DNA of 64,000 nucleotides from positions 3,948 through 67,947 of the forward strand of contig JACRAM010000012.1 of the NCBI GenBank assembly GCA_016213405.1, given 5' to 3'. This document shows positions 35,013 through 44,762 of this stretch, piece after piece (positions within the stretch are counted from its first letter, which is position 1; each line of letters starts with the position of its first letter). The stretch is from Bacteroidota bacterium. Its GTDB lineage: Bacteria > Bacteroidota > Bacteroidia > Palsa-948. A program made the position numbers and the translations under genes. Under the pieces are notes generated by a model that was given only the letters and a program-made list of their open reading frames with translations, did not search any database and was not told the DNA's origin.

Positions 35013-37097
35013 TTATACTCTGATTCCGATTATCAGAATGTCATCCACCTGCTCACGGCTTCCCTTCCATTTTTCAATTGTATTGTCAAGAAGTTTTTCC
35101 TGTTCTGGCATTGTGAGATTAGCATTGGCTAGCAGAAGCTCTTTAAAATTTTTGCTCATGAGTTTTTTTCCATTCGTTCCTCCAAACTGGTCGGAATAAC
35201 CATCGGAAGAAATATAAATCACGTCTCCATTTTGCAGATTCAAAGTATGATTTGTAAATTTTTTGTCCTCGTTTGCTTCCACACCTCCTATGGGAAATTT
35301 ATCAGCTTTAATTTCTTTGAGTGTGCCATTCGAAACCAAATACAGTGGACGGTGAGCACCAGCAAATTCTATACTATTATTTTCATTAAAACAGCAAAGT
35401 GCTATGTCCATTCCATCTGCTTGTTTCTTTTGCTCTTCCTGTTTGAGAACATTACGAACTCCTTTATGAAGCTGATTTAATATTTCTGCAGGCTGAAGTA
35501 TTCCGTTCGTAAGGACAATCTCATTCAACAGGTGATTGCCGATGATGCTCATGAATGCGCCAGGCACCCCGTGTCCTGTGCAATCCACCGCAGCGATAAA
35601 TCGTTTTCCGTTTTTTTCAGCGAACCAGTAAAAATCGCCACTAACAATATCACGGGGTTTGAAATACACAAAGGCATCAGGAAATAATCTGTATTTAATT
35701 TCTTTTTCGGAGAAAACTGCTTCCTGAATTTTCTGTGCATAGTTGATGCTATCGGTTATGTCTTTGTTTTTCAGGTCAACAATTGTTTTCTGCACAGCTA
35801 ATTCCTCGCTTGTTTTTTTCTTCGCTTTGTATTCCTTCCAAATCATGAATGCCATCGCAAGGAAAATAATCATTCCGATAAGAGATGAAAACAAAAGCAC
35901 GCGTTGAAGTTTGATGTCAGATGCCTGTTTTGCTATTTCTAAATTTTGTAATTCGATTTGTTGTTCTTTTTTCCCGGTTTCATAGAGCGATTGCATTTCA
36001 CTCACTTGCTTAATACTTTCTTCTGAAGTTAAGCTGTCATTCAAATCGTTATATTTCTGATTGTATTCAAACGCTTCTTTATATTTTTTCAAACCAGCAT
36101 ACGCTTTTGCCAGAATGTTGTAAGAACTTTTTTCCTGAGCCCTGTAATTTACTTCCCGGGCAAACATCAGGGACTTTTCCGCATAATACAAAACTGAATC
36201 ATAATTTTTTTCTTCTAAAAAAATATCTCCAAAAGTTGTATACGTTTCCGCAATCCGCACTTTTTGATTTGCCTCCGAAAAAATCGCAAACGCTTTGCGG
36301 ACATATTGCTTTGCAAGAATCGGGTCATGATTATTTGAATAGGCAATGGCGAGATTTGCGTAAAGGATGGCAAGGCCTTCTCGTTTACCTGTATTTTTCA
36401 GAACATCCAAAGCGCTGAGAAAAAAACGGAGAGACAGTTTATGATTTTTCTTGTAGCCATAGAGCGTACCCATATCGCTGTAGAGAATAGCAGTTTGAAT
36501 AGTGTCCTTAACTTCCCGATATAAATCCAGCGACTTTTGAAAAAAACTCAGCGCCTGTTCGTAATTCTGCTGGCGATTGTACACCCAGCCAATATTCCTA
36601 TAGCACATCGCGATTCCTTTTTTATTGCCTAACTTTTCATTTATTTTCAGTGCATTGAAATAATTTTCCAACGCGTGCTGATAATCGGAAAGCCACCAGT
36701 ATATATCACCGATTTTATTCAGCGTGGAGGAAACATTTTTCTTGTCATTGATTTCATTATAGGCTTTGAGAGCTTTATTGAGATAAGAAATCGCTTCGCC
36801 ATATTTCGAATTATTTTCAGACAATTTTCCGAGATAAAAATTACTCTCAGCTATTCCTTTTTTAAAAGATAATTTTTCAGAAAGTGCTAAGCTTTCCTTA
36901 ATGTATGATTCAGCTTTTGTAGTGTTATCATCAACTAGTATTGCAACAACTTCAAGAAGAGTGTTGATGCGACCGGTATCTTCTTGAACAATCTTAAGTT
37001 TTTGTTCAAGAGAATCTATTCGTGATTTTTGAGCAAAAGAAAAAACTCCAATAACGAATATGAAAGATGTTAAAGTGATGGTTTTGTTCAGAAGCAT
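35013..37097 (-). CDS. TPR-repeat sensor protein with C-terminal PP2C/SpoIIE-type serine phosphatase domain
   Basis: The order is signal/TM, ~8 TPR units, a coiled-coil segment (SEMQSLYETGKKEQQIELQNLE), a TM segment, then PRDIVSGDFYWF..VDCTGHGVPGAFMS..ISSDGYSDQFGG..DDILIIGIRV (SpoIIE pattern). Confidence 0.85.
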   Translation of the reverse strand: MLLNKTITLTSFIFVIGVFSFAQKSRIDSLEQKLKIVQEDTGRINTLLEVVAILVDDNTTKAESYIKESLALSEKLSFKKGIAESNFYLGKLSENNSKYGEAISYLNKALKAYNEINDKKNVSSTLNKIGDIYWWLSDYQHALENYFNALKINEKLGNKKGIAMCYRNIGWVYNRQQNYEQALSFFQKSLDLYREVKDTIQTAILYSDMGTLYGYKKNHKLSLRFFLSALDVLKNTGKREGLAILYANLAIAYSNNHDPILAKQYVRKAFAIFSEANQKVRIAETYTTFGDIFLEEKNYDSVLYYAEKSLMFAREVNYRAQEKSSYNILAKAYAGLKKYKEAFEYNQKYNDLNDSLTSEESIKQVSEMQSLYETGKKEQQIELQNLEIAKQASDIKLQRVLLFSSLIGMIIFLAMAFMIWKEYKAKKKTSEELAVQKTIVDLKNKDITDSINYAQKIQEAVFSEKEIKYRLFPDAFVYFKPRDIVSGDFYWFAEKNGKRFIAAVDCTGHGVPGAFMSIIGNHLLNEIVLTNGILQPAEILNQLHKGVRNVLKQEEQKKQADGMDIALCCFNENNSIEFAGAHRPLYLVSNGTLKEIKADKFPIGGVEANEDKKFTNHTLNLQNGDVIYISSDGYSDQFGGTNGKKLMSKNFKELLLANANLTMPEQEKLLDNTIEKWKGSREQVDDILIIGIRV

Positions 37098-37149
37098 CGC
37101 AATAGAAAATTTGTCAAGGATAAAAGTAAGTATTTACCAGAGAAGGTGT

Positions 37150-38268
37150 TCAAAGAAATTGGGAATATATCTCATTCAAAATATATTCCTCATTCTGCCA
37201 GCAGAATTCTTTTGAAGCAAGAAGACAGTTTTCTTTCCACATTTTTCTTATTTCGGAATCATTCAGCATGAAAATTATTTTTTCAGCAATGTGTTTAGGG
37301 TTATGATTTTCAACCATCTCTCCAATTTCGTGTTTATCAACTATTTTTTTGATCTCAACAAGATTGGAAGCAAGTACAGGAACCCCTGCATGGACAAAAT
37401 CAAAAATCTTATTCGGGAGACTGAATCTGTAATTAATATTCGTGTCTTTGTCGAGAGAAATTCCCAGATCTGCATGTCTGGTATAATGCTTTAATTCATC
37501 AAATGGCACTTTCTTTTTAAAAAGAACTTTTTCATTTAGGTTTAATTGTAAAGCTTTTGCTTTTACTTTTTCAAGTATATCTCCATCACCGACAATCAAA
37601 AGCACGGCATCATTTACATATTGCATAGCTTCAACCGCTTCGAGCAGCCCTCTGTCCACATTTACCGAACCCTGATAAAGAATTATTTTTTTTTCTTCAG
37701 GAAGCTGTAATTCTTTTTTTGTTTTCAAAACTCTTTCTTCATTTTCTATGAGCAATGGAAAATTTCTGACCACTTTGACATCAACACCGTATGCATCTTT
37801 ATATAATCTTGCTATGGAATCATTCACCGTATAAATGCTTTTCAGTTTTGGAAAAATCCTTCTCTCTATCCTTTTCCAAGTTTTTTTCGCAAAAGCTCTT
37901 CCTTCCAACTCGGGAACTCCCGTAAAATATTCGTGACTATCGTGAACAAGTTTACTTGATTTAAATTTTGATGCAAGATAATTTGCAAGAAGCGCATCCA
38001 AATCGTTTGCGACTAAAACATCCGCATTATGAAAAAGCAGGTAAAAAAATAATCTCAGGTTATATTCAGCATAGAACATTGGCCCGCTATCAAAAAAAAG
38101 AAACAAACGTTTCGTTTTATAAGGGCGATTTTCTAAGGGAAAACTGTTTCTCCTTAATCTGCCGACAAGCATTACATCAAAACCAAGATTTAAAAGAAAC
38201 ATACAAACCTTGTGTACACGCTGTTCTGAAGTGAGGTCGTTGGTAACGGAAAGAATAACCTTTTTCAT
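37150..38268 (-). CDS. Glycosyltransferase (GT4 / group 1 family)
   Basis: 372 aa. The GT-B C-terminal pattern is present: LYQGSVNVDRGL..LLIVGDGD..ADLGISL..LPNKIFDFVHAGVPVLASN (E.7E-like region). Confidence 0.8.
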   Translation of the reverse strand: MKKVILSVTNDLTSEQRVHKVCMFLLNLGFDVMLVGRLRRNSFPLENRPYKTKRLFLFFDSGPMFYAEYNLRLFFYLLFHNADVLVANDLDALLANYLASKFKSSKLVHDSHEYFTGVPELEGRAFAKKTWKRIERRIFPKLKSIYTVNDSIARLYKDAYGVDVKVVRNFPLLIENEERVLKTKKELQLPEEKKIILYQGSVNVDRGLLEAVEAMQYVNDAVLLIVGDGDILEKVKAKALQLNLNEKVLFKKKVPFDELKHYTRHADLGISLDKDTNINYRFSLPNKIFDFVHAGVPVLASNLVEIKKIVDKHEIGEMVENHNPKHIAEKIIFMLNDSEIRKMWKENCLLASKEFCWQNEEYILNEIYSQFL

Positions 38269-38276
38269 GGTTTTAA

Positions 38277-38306
38277 GAATTACGAATATAGGCGAATTAC
38301 GAATAA
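38277..38306. repeat. GAATTAC-type short repeat (gaattacgaata ..5 nt.. gaattacgaata)
   Basis: aattacgaata is duplicated 17 bp apart. Each copy contains ~1.5 units of the heptamer gaattac. The site is intergenic between divergent genes. Confidence 0.5.
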
Positions 38307-38361
38307 TACATTTGATTTTCCTTTTTCAATCTCACATTATCTTCTCTCTTATCTTTGTCTT

Positions 38362-39870
38362 ATGCTTGGAATCCTTCTTGCAATTACCTACACAGTACTG
38401 TTTATTTTTCTTATCTGGAAAATAAACTTCTTCAGGGATGAATCTATTTCAAGAAAAATTATTGTTTTTGTTTTTCTTTTAAAAATAGTTGCCGGAACTA
38501 TTTTATGGCTTGTGTATACACGCATTTATCCCGATCGATTAACTGCAGACATCTTTAAATATTTTGATGACGGCAAAGTAATGTATAATGCACTTTTTTC
38601 TAAGCCGCTGGACTATTTCAAAATGCTTTTGGGCATTCCTGATGCATCCTTGTTGCATTATTATAATGATGATATGGGTCACTGGACAAGACCATTTAAC
38701 CAAGGGATGTATGACGAAAACAGAACGTTAATCCGCTTCAACGCACTGGTAGATATTTTTTCATTCAGCAACTACCACGTTCATACAGTTTTCATTTGTT
38801 TTTTATCGCTCACAGGGTTGATGGGAATTTACAAATCATTCTCTTCGTTTCTTTCAAATAAGAAAAAAGAATTATTCGCTGCTATTTTTCTTTTACCCTC
38901 CGTTCTCTTCTGGGGTTCTGGCGTATTGAAAGAAGGTTTGATTGTGTTCTTTTTAGGCATGGTCATTTACCATTATCAAAAATTCATTCAAGAAGGAGTT
39001 TCTGCCAAACGACTTTGTTTGGTATTTATTTTTTTGTTTTTATTATCTATTACTAAAATTTATATCCTGCTTGTTCTTCTCCCCGCTCTCATAGCGCATA
39101 CATGGGTTGTAAAAACAAAAAATCGTTTTTCGGAAATAAAATATGCTGTCGTCCTGATTATTTATTTTTCCATTGGGCTAGTGATTCCAAAATATCATTT
39201 TCCTTTTATGCTGATGGAAAAGCAGCGGCAGGGAATTTATATGGCGCAAGGAGGCAGCTATCTGGGAAATCAGAAACTGAACAAATTTGTTTACATATAT
39301 CCGAATATTGAAAAACGTATTATCCGCCTGAAAAATAATCCCGGATTCTGCAAAATAGTTCCGGGCATTGCATATACATCATGGAATTTAACAACTCATC
39401 TTGATTCAATGTATGTGCATAGTTCCTCTGACACTTCTACTTATTGGATTTTCTATGACCAGCCGGCCGCAGGGAGTTACATTAAAATTCCTCTTATAGA
39501 ACCCACCATTCCAAGCATTATCAAAAACGCACCGCTTGCTTTCTTCAATACAGCATTTCGACCACATCTTCTTGAAGCAAAAAACCCGTTGATGATTTTT
39601 TCTGCCATAGAAAATATTTTTATTTTATTATTTATTTTCATTTGCATGTTATTCGTTTCTCGGAAAATTCAAAATAGGAACATGATTTATTTCTGTTTTA
39701 GCATAACCGTTTTACTTTTTGCATTAATCGGACTAACAACACCTATTCTGGGAGCCGTAGTCAGGTATAAAATTCCTGCACTTCCTTTCTTTCTAATTAC
39801 TTTTCTCTTACTACTTGACAAAGAAAAACTCCTGCATAAGTTTCCTTTTCTGAAAAAATTTATCGGATAG
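38362..39870 (+). CDS. Polytopic inner-membrane protein of unknown function (possibly a glycan-assembly enzyme)
   Basis: 502 aa with many hydrophobic segments, divergent from a GT4 gene. No specific motif was recognised. Confidence 0.7.
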   Translation: MLGILLAITYTVLFIFLIWKINFFRDESISRKIIVFVFLLKIVAGTILWLVYTRIYPDRLTADIFKYFDDGKVMYNALFSKPLDYFKMLLGIPDASLLHYYNDDMGHWTRPFNQGMYDENRTLIRFNALVDIFSFSNYHVHTVFICFLSLTGLMGIYKSFSSFLSNKKKELFAAIFLLPSVLFWGSGVLKEGLIVFFLGMVIYHYQKFIQEGVSAKRLCLVFIFLFLLSITKIYILLVLLPALIAHTWVVKTKNRFSEIKYAVVLIIYFSIGLVIPKYHFPFMLMEKQRQGIYMAQGGSYLGNQKLNKFVYIYPNIEKRIIRLKNNPGFCKIVPGIAYTSWNLTTHLDSMYVHSSSDTSTYWIFYDQPAAGSYIKIPLIEPTIPSIIKNAPLAFFNTAFRPHLLEAKNPLMIFSAIENIFILLFIFICMLFVSRKIQNRNMIYFCFSITVLLFALIGLTTPILGAVVRYKIPALPFFLITFLLLLDKEKLLHKFPFLKKFIG

Positions 39871-39906
39871 GAAATTTTCTACATTTGCCTCTCTTATTTT
39901 TCCCAA

Positions 39907-41646
39907 ATGAATTTCTCCGACTTATTCCGAAAAAAATCAATTTCAGGTATTCTTAAGCAGATTGAAGCAGGAGAATCAGATGCCGAACATGTTTCACTCG
40001 CAAAACATCTTGGTGTTCGTGATTTAACAGCTTTCGGAATTGCCGCCATAATTGGAGCAGGAATTTTTTCCACCATTGGCACTGCCAGCGCTGACGGGGG
40101 TCCAGGAGTAATTTTTCTTTTTGCCTTCACAGCGATTGCCTGCGGATTTGCCGGTTTCGCCTATGCTGAATTTGCTTCGATGGTTCCTGTTTCCGGAAGC
40201 GCTTACACTTATTCTTACGTTGCGTTCGGAGAACTCATCGCATGGGTTATCGGATGGGCGCTCATTATGGAATATGCTGTGGGAAATGTTACAGTTGCAG
40301 TTTCCTGGTCGGATTATTTTACAGGTCTTCTTGATTCCATTCATATCGGCTCCATACAAGGCTTTCATGTCCCGGAATGGGCAAGCATTGATTATGTTTC
40401 TGCTTCAAGTCATTTTCAATCTGCAACAGATTCTCTCGCAATAGGAAAAACAATTACTCAGTTGCCCACGAGCATGCAAACAGGATACAACGCATGGGTG
40501 AATTCTCCATCCATGGGTGGATTTCATCTGATTGCAGACCTTCCGGCAATCGCAATAATTATTTTCATCACATGGTTGGTTTATATCGGAATCAAAGAAA
40601 CCCGCAATGCAAGCAATGCAATGGTGGTAATAAAACTTTGTGTAGTTCTACTTGTGATTTCCGTTGGAATATTTCATGTAGATACTGAAAATTGGAATCC
40701 ATTTTTACCGAATGGTGTGGGGGGAGTTCTTAAAGGAGTATCCTCTGTATTTTTTGCATACATCGGCTTTGATGCGATTTCAACTACTGCCGAAGAATGT
40801 AAAAATCCAAGACGTGATTTGCCGAGAGGAATGATGTATGCCATAATTATTTGTACTATACTTTATATTTTAGTGGCGCTCGTTCTCACCGGAATGGTGA
40901 AGTACGACCAACTTGCTGTTGGAGATCCGCTTGCTTTTGTTTTCGGAAGATTGAACATGCATTGGTTTTCAGGAATCATTGCTGTAAGCGCAGTAATAGC
41001 GATGACGAGCGTGCTTCTCGTTTTTCAAATGGGTCAGCCGAGAATATGGATGAGCATGAGCCGCGATGGATTGTTGCCAAAAAAATTCGCAAAGATTCAC
41101 AGGAAATATAAAACTCCCTCTTTTGCTACAGTCGTAACTGGATTTGTGGTTGCTATTCCTACTTTATTTATTCCGAGTGAAGAAGTATTGAACCTTTGCT
41201 CGATGGGAACTTTGTTTGCGTTTGTGCTTGTATGTGCAGGCGTCCTGAAACTCCGGAATAACCCTGAAGCACCAAAGGGAAAATTCAAAACTCCATACCT
41301 GAACGCAAAATTCATCATGCCTGCTCTATCCGTTCTCTCCGGAGTTTTGGTTTTTATTTACGCGAAGAATTGGATGGATAATTTTCTTTCCTTCGGTGAT
41401 TGGGGTTCTTTCAAAGATAAAATCCCTATGTGGTTATTTTTAATTCTTGCTTTAATAATGTCGGTTTTATCTTTTACGAAGAATCTTTCACTCATTCCTG
41501 TTCTCGGATTGATTTTCTGTTTCTACATGATGGCACAAATTCCGCTTTCAAGCTGGTTCGGATTTATGATTTGGTTGATAATTGGATTGGTAATTTATTT
41601 TTCATTTGGAATCAGGAATAGCAAATTAAATAAAACAGCAGCATGA
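39907..41646 (+). CDS. Amino acid permease (APC superfamily)
   Basis: 579 aa. LGVRDLTAFGIAAIIGAGIFSTIG and ..FFAYIGFDAISTTAEECKNPRRDLPRG.. are typical APC/cationic amino acid transporter motifs. It has ~12-14 TM segments. Confidence 0.9.
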   Translation: MNFSDLFRKKSISGILKQIEAGESDAEHVSLAKHLGVRDLTAFGIAAIIGAGIFSTIGTASADGGPGVIFLFAFTAIACGFAGFAYAEFASMVPVSGSAYTYSYVAFGELIAWVIGWALIMEYAVGNVTVAVSWSDYFTGLLDSIHIGSIQGFHVPEWASIDYVSASSHFQSATDSLAIGKTITQLPTSMQTGYNAWVNSPSMGGFHLIADLPAIAIIIFITWLVYIGIKETRNASNAMVVIKLCVVLLVISVGIFHVDTENWNPFLPNGVGGVLKGVSSVFFAYIGFDAISTTAEECKNPRRDLPRGMMYAIIICTILYILVALVLTGMVKYDQLAVGDPLAFVFGRLNMHWFSGIIAVSAVIAMTSVLLVFQMGQPRIWMSMSRDGLLPKKFAKIHRKYKTPSFATVVTGFVVAIPTLFIPSEEVLNLCSMGTLFAFVLVCAGVLKLRNNPEAPKGKFKTPYLNAKFIMPALSVLSGVLVFIYAKNWMDNFLSFGDWGSFKDKIPMWLFLILALIMSVLSFTKNLSLIPVLGLIFCFYMMAQIPLSSWFGFMIWLIIGLVIYFSFGIRNSKLNKTAA

Positions 41647-42401
41647 TTACACTCATCACAGGAGCAACATCGGGTATCGGCAAAGCATCTGCAGAAATTT
41701 TCGCGAAGAACGGCTATGACTTAATTATTACAGGCAGAAGAAAAGACCGATTGGAAAAACTTTCCGATGAGTTCAAGAAAAAATTCAAAGTAAAAGTTCT
41801 TGCGCTTAATTTTGATGTCCGGTATCTGAAAGAAGTTCAGAAAAATCTTTCATTGCTTCCTAAAGAGTGGAAAAAAATTGATGTACTCATCAACAACGCT
41901 GGACTTGCTTCAGGTCTTGGACTGATTCAAGAAGGAGATATTGAAGATTGGGAAAAAATGATTGACACAAATGTGAAAGGACTTTTATATGTAACGCGCC
42001 ACATCGCACCGCTAATGATTGAAAACGAAAAAGGACATATAATAAATGTAGCATCACTCGCGGGCAAACAGGCATACCCGAAAGGAAATGTTTACTGTGC
42101 CACTAAGTTTGCCGTGGATGCGCTCAGCCAGAGTATGCGCATTGATATGCTCGAACATGGAATCCGCGTGACGAACATTGCTCCTGGTTTAGTGGAGACA
42201 GAATTTTCACTTGTGAGATTTAAAGGAGATGCTGACCGCGCAAAAAAAACTTATGAAAAAATAAATCCGCTAACTGCCGAAGACATCGCTGAAATAATTT
42301 TCTGGACTGCTTCTCGCCCTGCTCATGTAAACATTAATGATGTGGTGATTACTCCAACCGCACAGGCAAATGCTTATATTGTAAACAGAAATAATTCCTG
42401 A
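41643..42401 (+). CDS. SDR family NAD(P)-dependent oxidoreductase
   Basis: TGATSGIGKA is a TGxxxGxG motif, NNAG is present, and YCATKFAV is the YxxxK motif. Confidence 0.9.
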   Translation: MITLITGATSGIGKASAEIFAKNGYDLIITGRRKDRLEKLSDEFKKKFKVKVLALNFDVRYLKEVQKNLSLLPKEWKKIDVLINNAGLASGLGLIQEGDIEDWEKMIDTNVKGLLYVTRHIAPLMIENEKGHIINVASLAGKQAYPKGNVYCATKFAVDALSQSMRIDMLEHGIRVTNIAPGLVETEFSLVRFKGDADRAKKTYEKINPLTAEDIAEIIFWTASRPAHVNINDVVITPTAQANAYIVNRNNS

Positions 42402-44110
42402 TGAAAATAATTGTATTCCTTGTTTCATTTGCCACATTTCTTTTTTCCTGTTCATCTCCTCAAAAAGAAAAAGTTGACTTGATTGTACACAATGCGATTA
42501 TTTACACCGTTGATTCATCTTTTTCAACTTCCGAATGCTTCGCGGTGAAGGATGGAAAAATTATTGCAGTAGGAACAAATGATTCCATCCTTGCTAAATA
42601 CGATGGAGAAAAAATAGACGCGCAAGGCAAAGCGGTTTTTCCAGGACTCATTGATGCACACTGTCATTTTTATAGTTATGGAAAAGGGCTGAATCAGGCA
42701 GATCTTGTAGGAACAAAATCTTTTGATGAAGTTATTCAGCGTGTTATAGATTTTTCAAAAACCAAAAAAAGAGAATGGATTTTAGGCAGAGGTTGGGATC
42801 AGAATGACTGGGAAGTAAAAGAATTTCCCACAAAAGATAAACTCGATTCCCTTTTTCCGAATACTCCTGTTTTTCTAAAACGCATTGACGGTCATGCAGT
42901 GCTGGTAAACTCCGAAGCCATGCGCAGAGCAGGAATCACCAACAATACAAAAATTGATGGTGGAAGCATTGAGCATTACAAAAGCGGGTTTGCTAAAAAA
43001 GGAGAACTTGAATCAACCGATAATCTTACCGGAGTTTTAATTGACAATGCCGTTGATTTGGTTGCTAATAAAATTCCTACAGAAAGCAAACCTGAAGCAA
43101 GAGACGCATTACTTGCTGCTCAGAAAAATTGTTTTGCAGTTGGATTGACAACCGTTGATGATGCTGGTCTTGAAAAACAAATTGTGGATTTGATGGATGA
43201 AATGCAAAAAAAAGGCGAACTGAAAATGCGTGTGTACGCTATGCTCACCGACAATAAAGAAAATCTGAATTACTATTTGGATCATGGAATTTATAAAACA
43301 GAAAAATTAAACGTACGCTCATTTAAATTTTATGCCGATGGCGCACTTGGTTCTCGTGGCGCTTGCTTGTTGGAAGATTATTCTGATAAAAAAAGTTGGC
43401 GGGGATTTTTATTAAGCAAACCGGAATATTTTAAAGAGATGGCACAGACAATGCTTGATAAAGGTTTTCAGATGAATACACATTGTATAGGCGACTCTGC
43501 AGATAGATTATTAATTAATACGTATGGGAAATATTGTTTTCAGTTTAAATATTCCCTCCTTAATATGAGATGGAGAATTGAGCATTTTCAAGTCACGGCA
43601 GCAAATGATATAAAATTGCTTTCACAAATAAATTCACTTGCAAAGCAAGATTACCGTCTTATCCCTTCTATCCAACCTACCCACGCAACTTCCGATATGT
43701 ACTGGGCAAAAGACAGATTGGGAGAAGAACGTGTGAAATACGCTTATGCTTATAAAGATTTATTGAAAGCAGCCGGAATGATTGCGCTTGGAACAGATTT
43801 CCCTGTGGAGAATATTAATCCCATGTACACATTTTATGCTGCGGTTGCGAGAAAAGATTTGAAAGGATTTCCCGAAGGAGGTTTCCAAATGGAAAATGCG
43901 CTGACAAGAGAAGAAACTATGAAAGGTATGACCATTTGGGCGGCTTATGCGAACTTCGAAGAAAAGGAAAAGGGAAGCCTTGAGCCCGGCAAGTTTGCCG
44001 ATTTTGTAATATTAGACAAAGACATTATGAAAATAAATATTGATGAAGTGCCAAATGTGAAAGTTTTGGCAACATATTTGAACGGAGAAAAAGTATATTC
44101 AATAAAATAA
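42401..44110 (+). CDS. Amidohydrolase family protein (amidohydrolase_3-like, lipoprotein)
   Basis: It has a lipoprotein-like signal (FSCSS). GLIDAHCHF is the metal-binding HxH motif. ..NTHCIGD.., ..IQPTHATSD.. and ..LGTDFPVE.. are also present. Confidence 0.85.
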   Translation: MKIIVFLVSFATFLFSCSSPQKEKVDLIVHNAIIYTVDSSFSTSECFAVKDGKIIAVGTNDSILAKYDGEKIDAQGKAVFPGLIDAHCHFYSYGKGLNQADLVGTKSFDEVIQRVIDFSKTKKREWILGRGWDQNDWEVKEFPTKDKLDSLFPNTPVFLKRIDGHAVLVNSEAMRRAGITNNTKIDGGSIEHYKSGFAKKGELESTDNLTGVLIDNAVDLVANKIPTESKPEARDALLAAQKNCFAVGLTTVDDAGLEKQIVDLMDEMQKKGELKMRVYAMLTDNKENLNYYLDHGIYKTEKLNVRSFKFYADGALGSRGACLLEDYSDKKSWRGFLLSKPEYFKEMAQTMLDKGFQMNTHCIGDSADRLLINTYGKYCFQFKYSLLNMRWRIEHFQVTAANDIKLLSQINSLAKQDYRLIPSIQPTHATSDMYWAKDRLGEERVKYAYAYKDLLKAAGMIALGTDFPVENINPMYTFYAAVARKDLKGFPEGGFQMENALTREETMKGMTIWAAYANFEEKEKGSLEPGKFADFVILDKDIMKINIDEVPNVKVLATYLNGEKVYSIK

Positions 44111-44117
44111 CATATCT

Positions 44118-44762
44118 ATGAAAAAAATATTTCCCCTTTTGTCAGCAACAATATTACTCTTCTCATTTGGAAAACCATGCGAAGATTATCCATTTTCAAA
44201 ATGGGATGCAGCCACACTTGAAAAAGCAAACACAGCAAAAGATGAAATAAATTATACGGCTGAAGAAAAGAAAGTGATTTACTATATGAATCTCGTACGC
44301 ATGAAACCTGAACTTTTCTGCAAAACCTATTTTCAGAAATACATGGATTCCACCAAAACAAAATTCACTTCATTCGCAAGTTCGCTAAAGAATGATTTGC
44401 AGGTAAAATACAAGCCCATGGATGTTCTCACTGTAAAACAGGATTTGACTGAAGAAGCAGTTGACCATGCAAAGGATACTGGCAAAAAAGGAAATCTCGG
44501 GCATTTTACTTCGGATGGAAAAAGTTATGATTTCCGAATGAAAAAATTTAAAGAAACTTATTCTTCCACTGCTGAAAATTGCGATTACGGATTTGACAAG
44601 GCGCTTTCAATCGTTATGCATTTGCTGATTGACGAAGGACAGGGAACTGTTGAACATCGAAAAACCATAATGGATAAAAACCTGCAGTACGCAGGAGTTT
44701 CCATTCAGCCGCACAAAAAAGAAAAATGGACTTGTGTGATTGAGTTTGCGAATACTAAATAG
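44118..44762 (+). CDS. CAP (SCP/PR-1-like) domain protein
   Basis: It has a signal peptide. ..IYYMNLVRMKPELF.., ..GHFTSDG.. and ..ENCDYG.. resemble the CAP family. Confidence 0.6.
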   Translation: MKKIFPLLSATILLFSFGKPCEDYPFSKWDAATLEKANTAKDEINYTAEEKKVIYYMNLVRMKPELFCKTYFQKYMDSTKTKFTSFASSLKNDLQVKYKPMDVLTVKQDLTEEAVDHAKDTGKKGNLGHFTSDGKSYDFRMKKFKETYSSTAENCDYGFDKALSIVMHLLIDEGQGTVEHRKTIMDKNLQYAGVSIQPHKKEKWTCVIEFANTK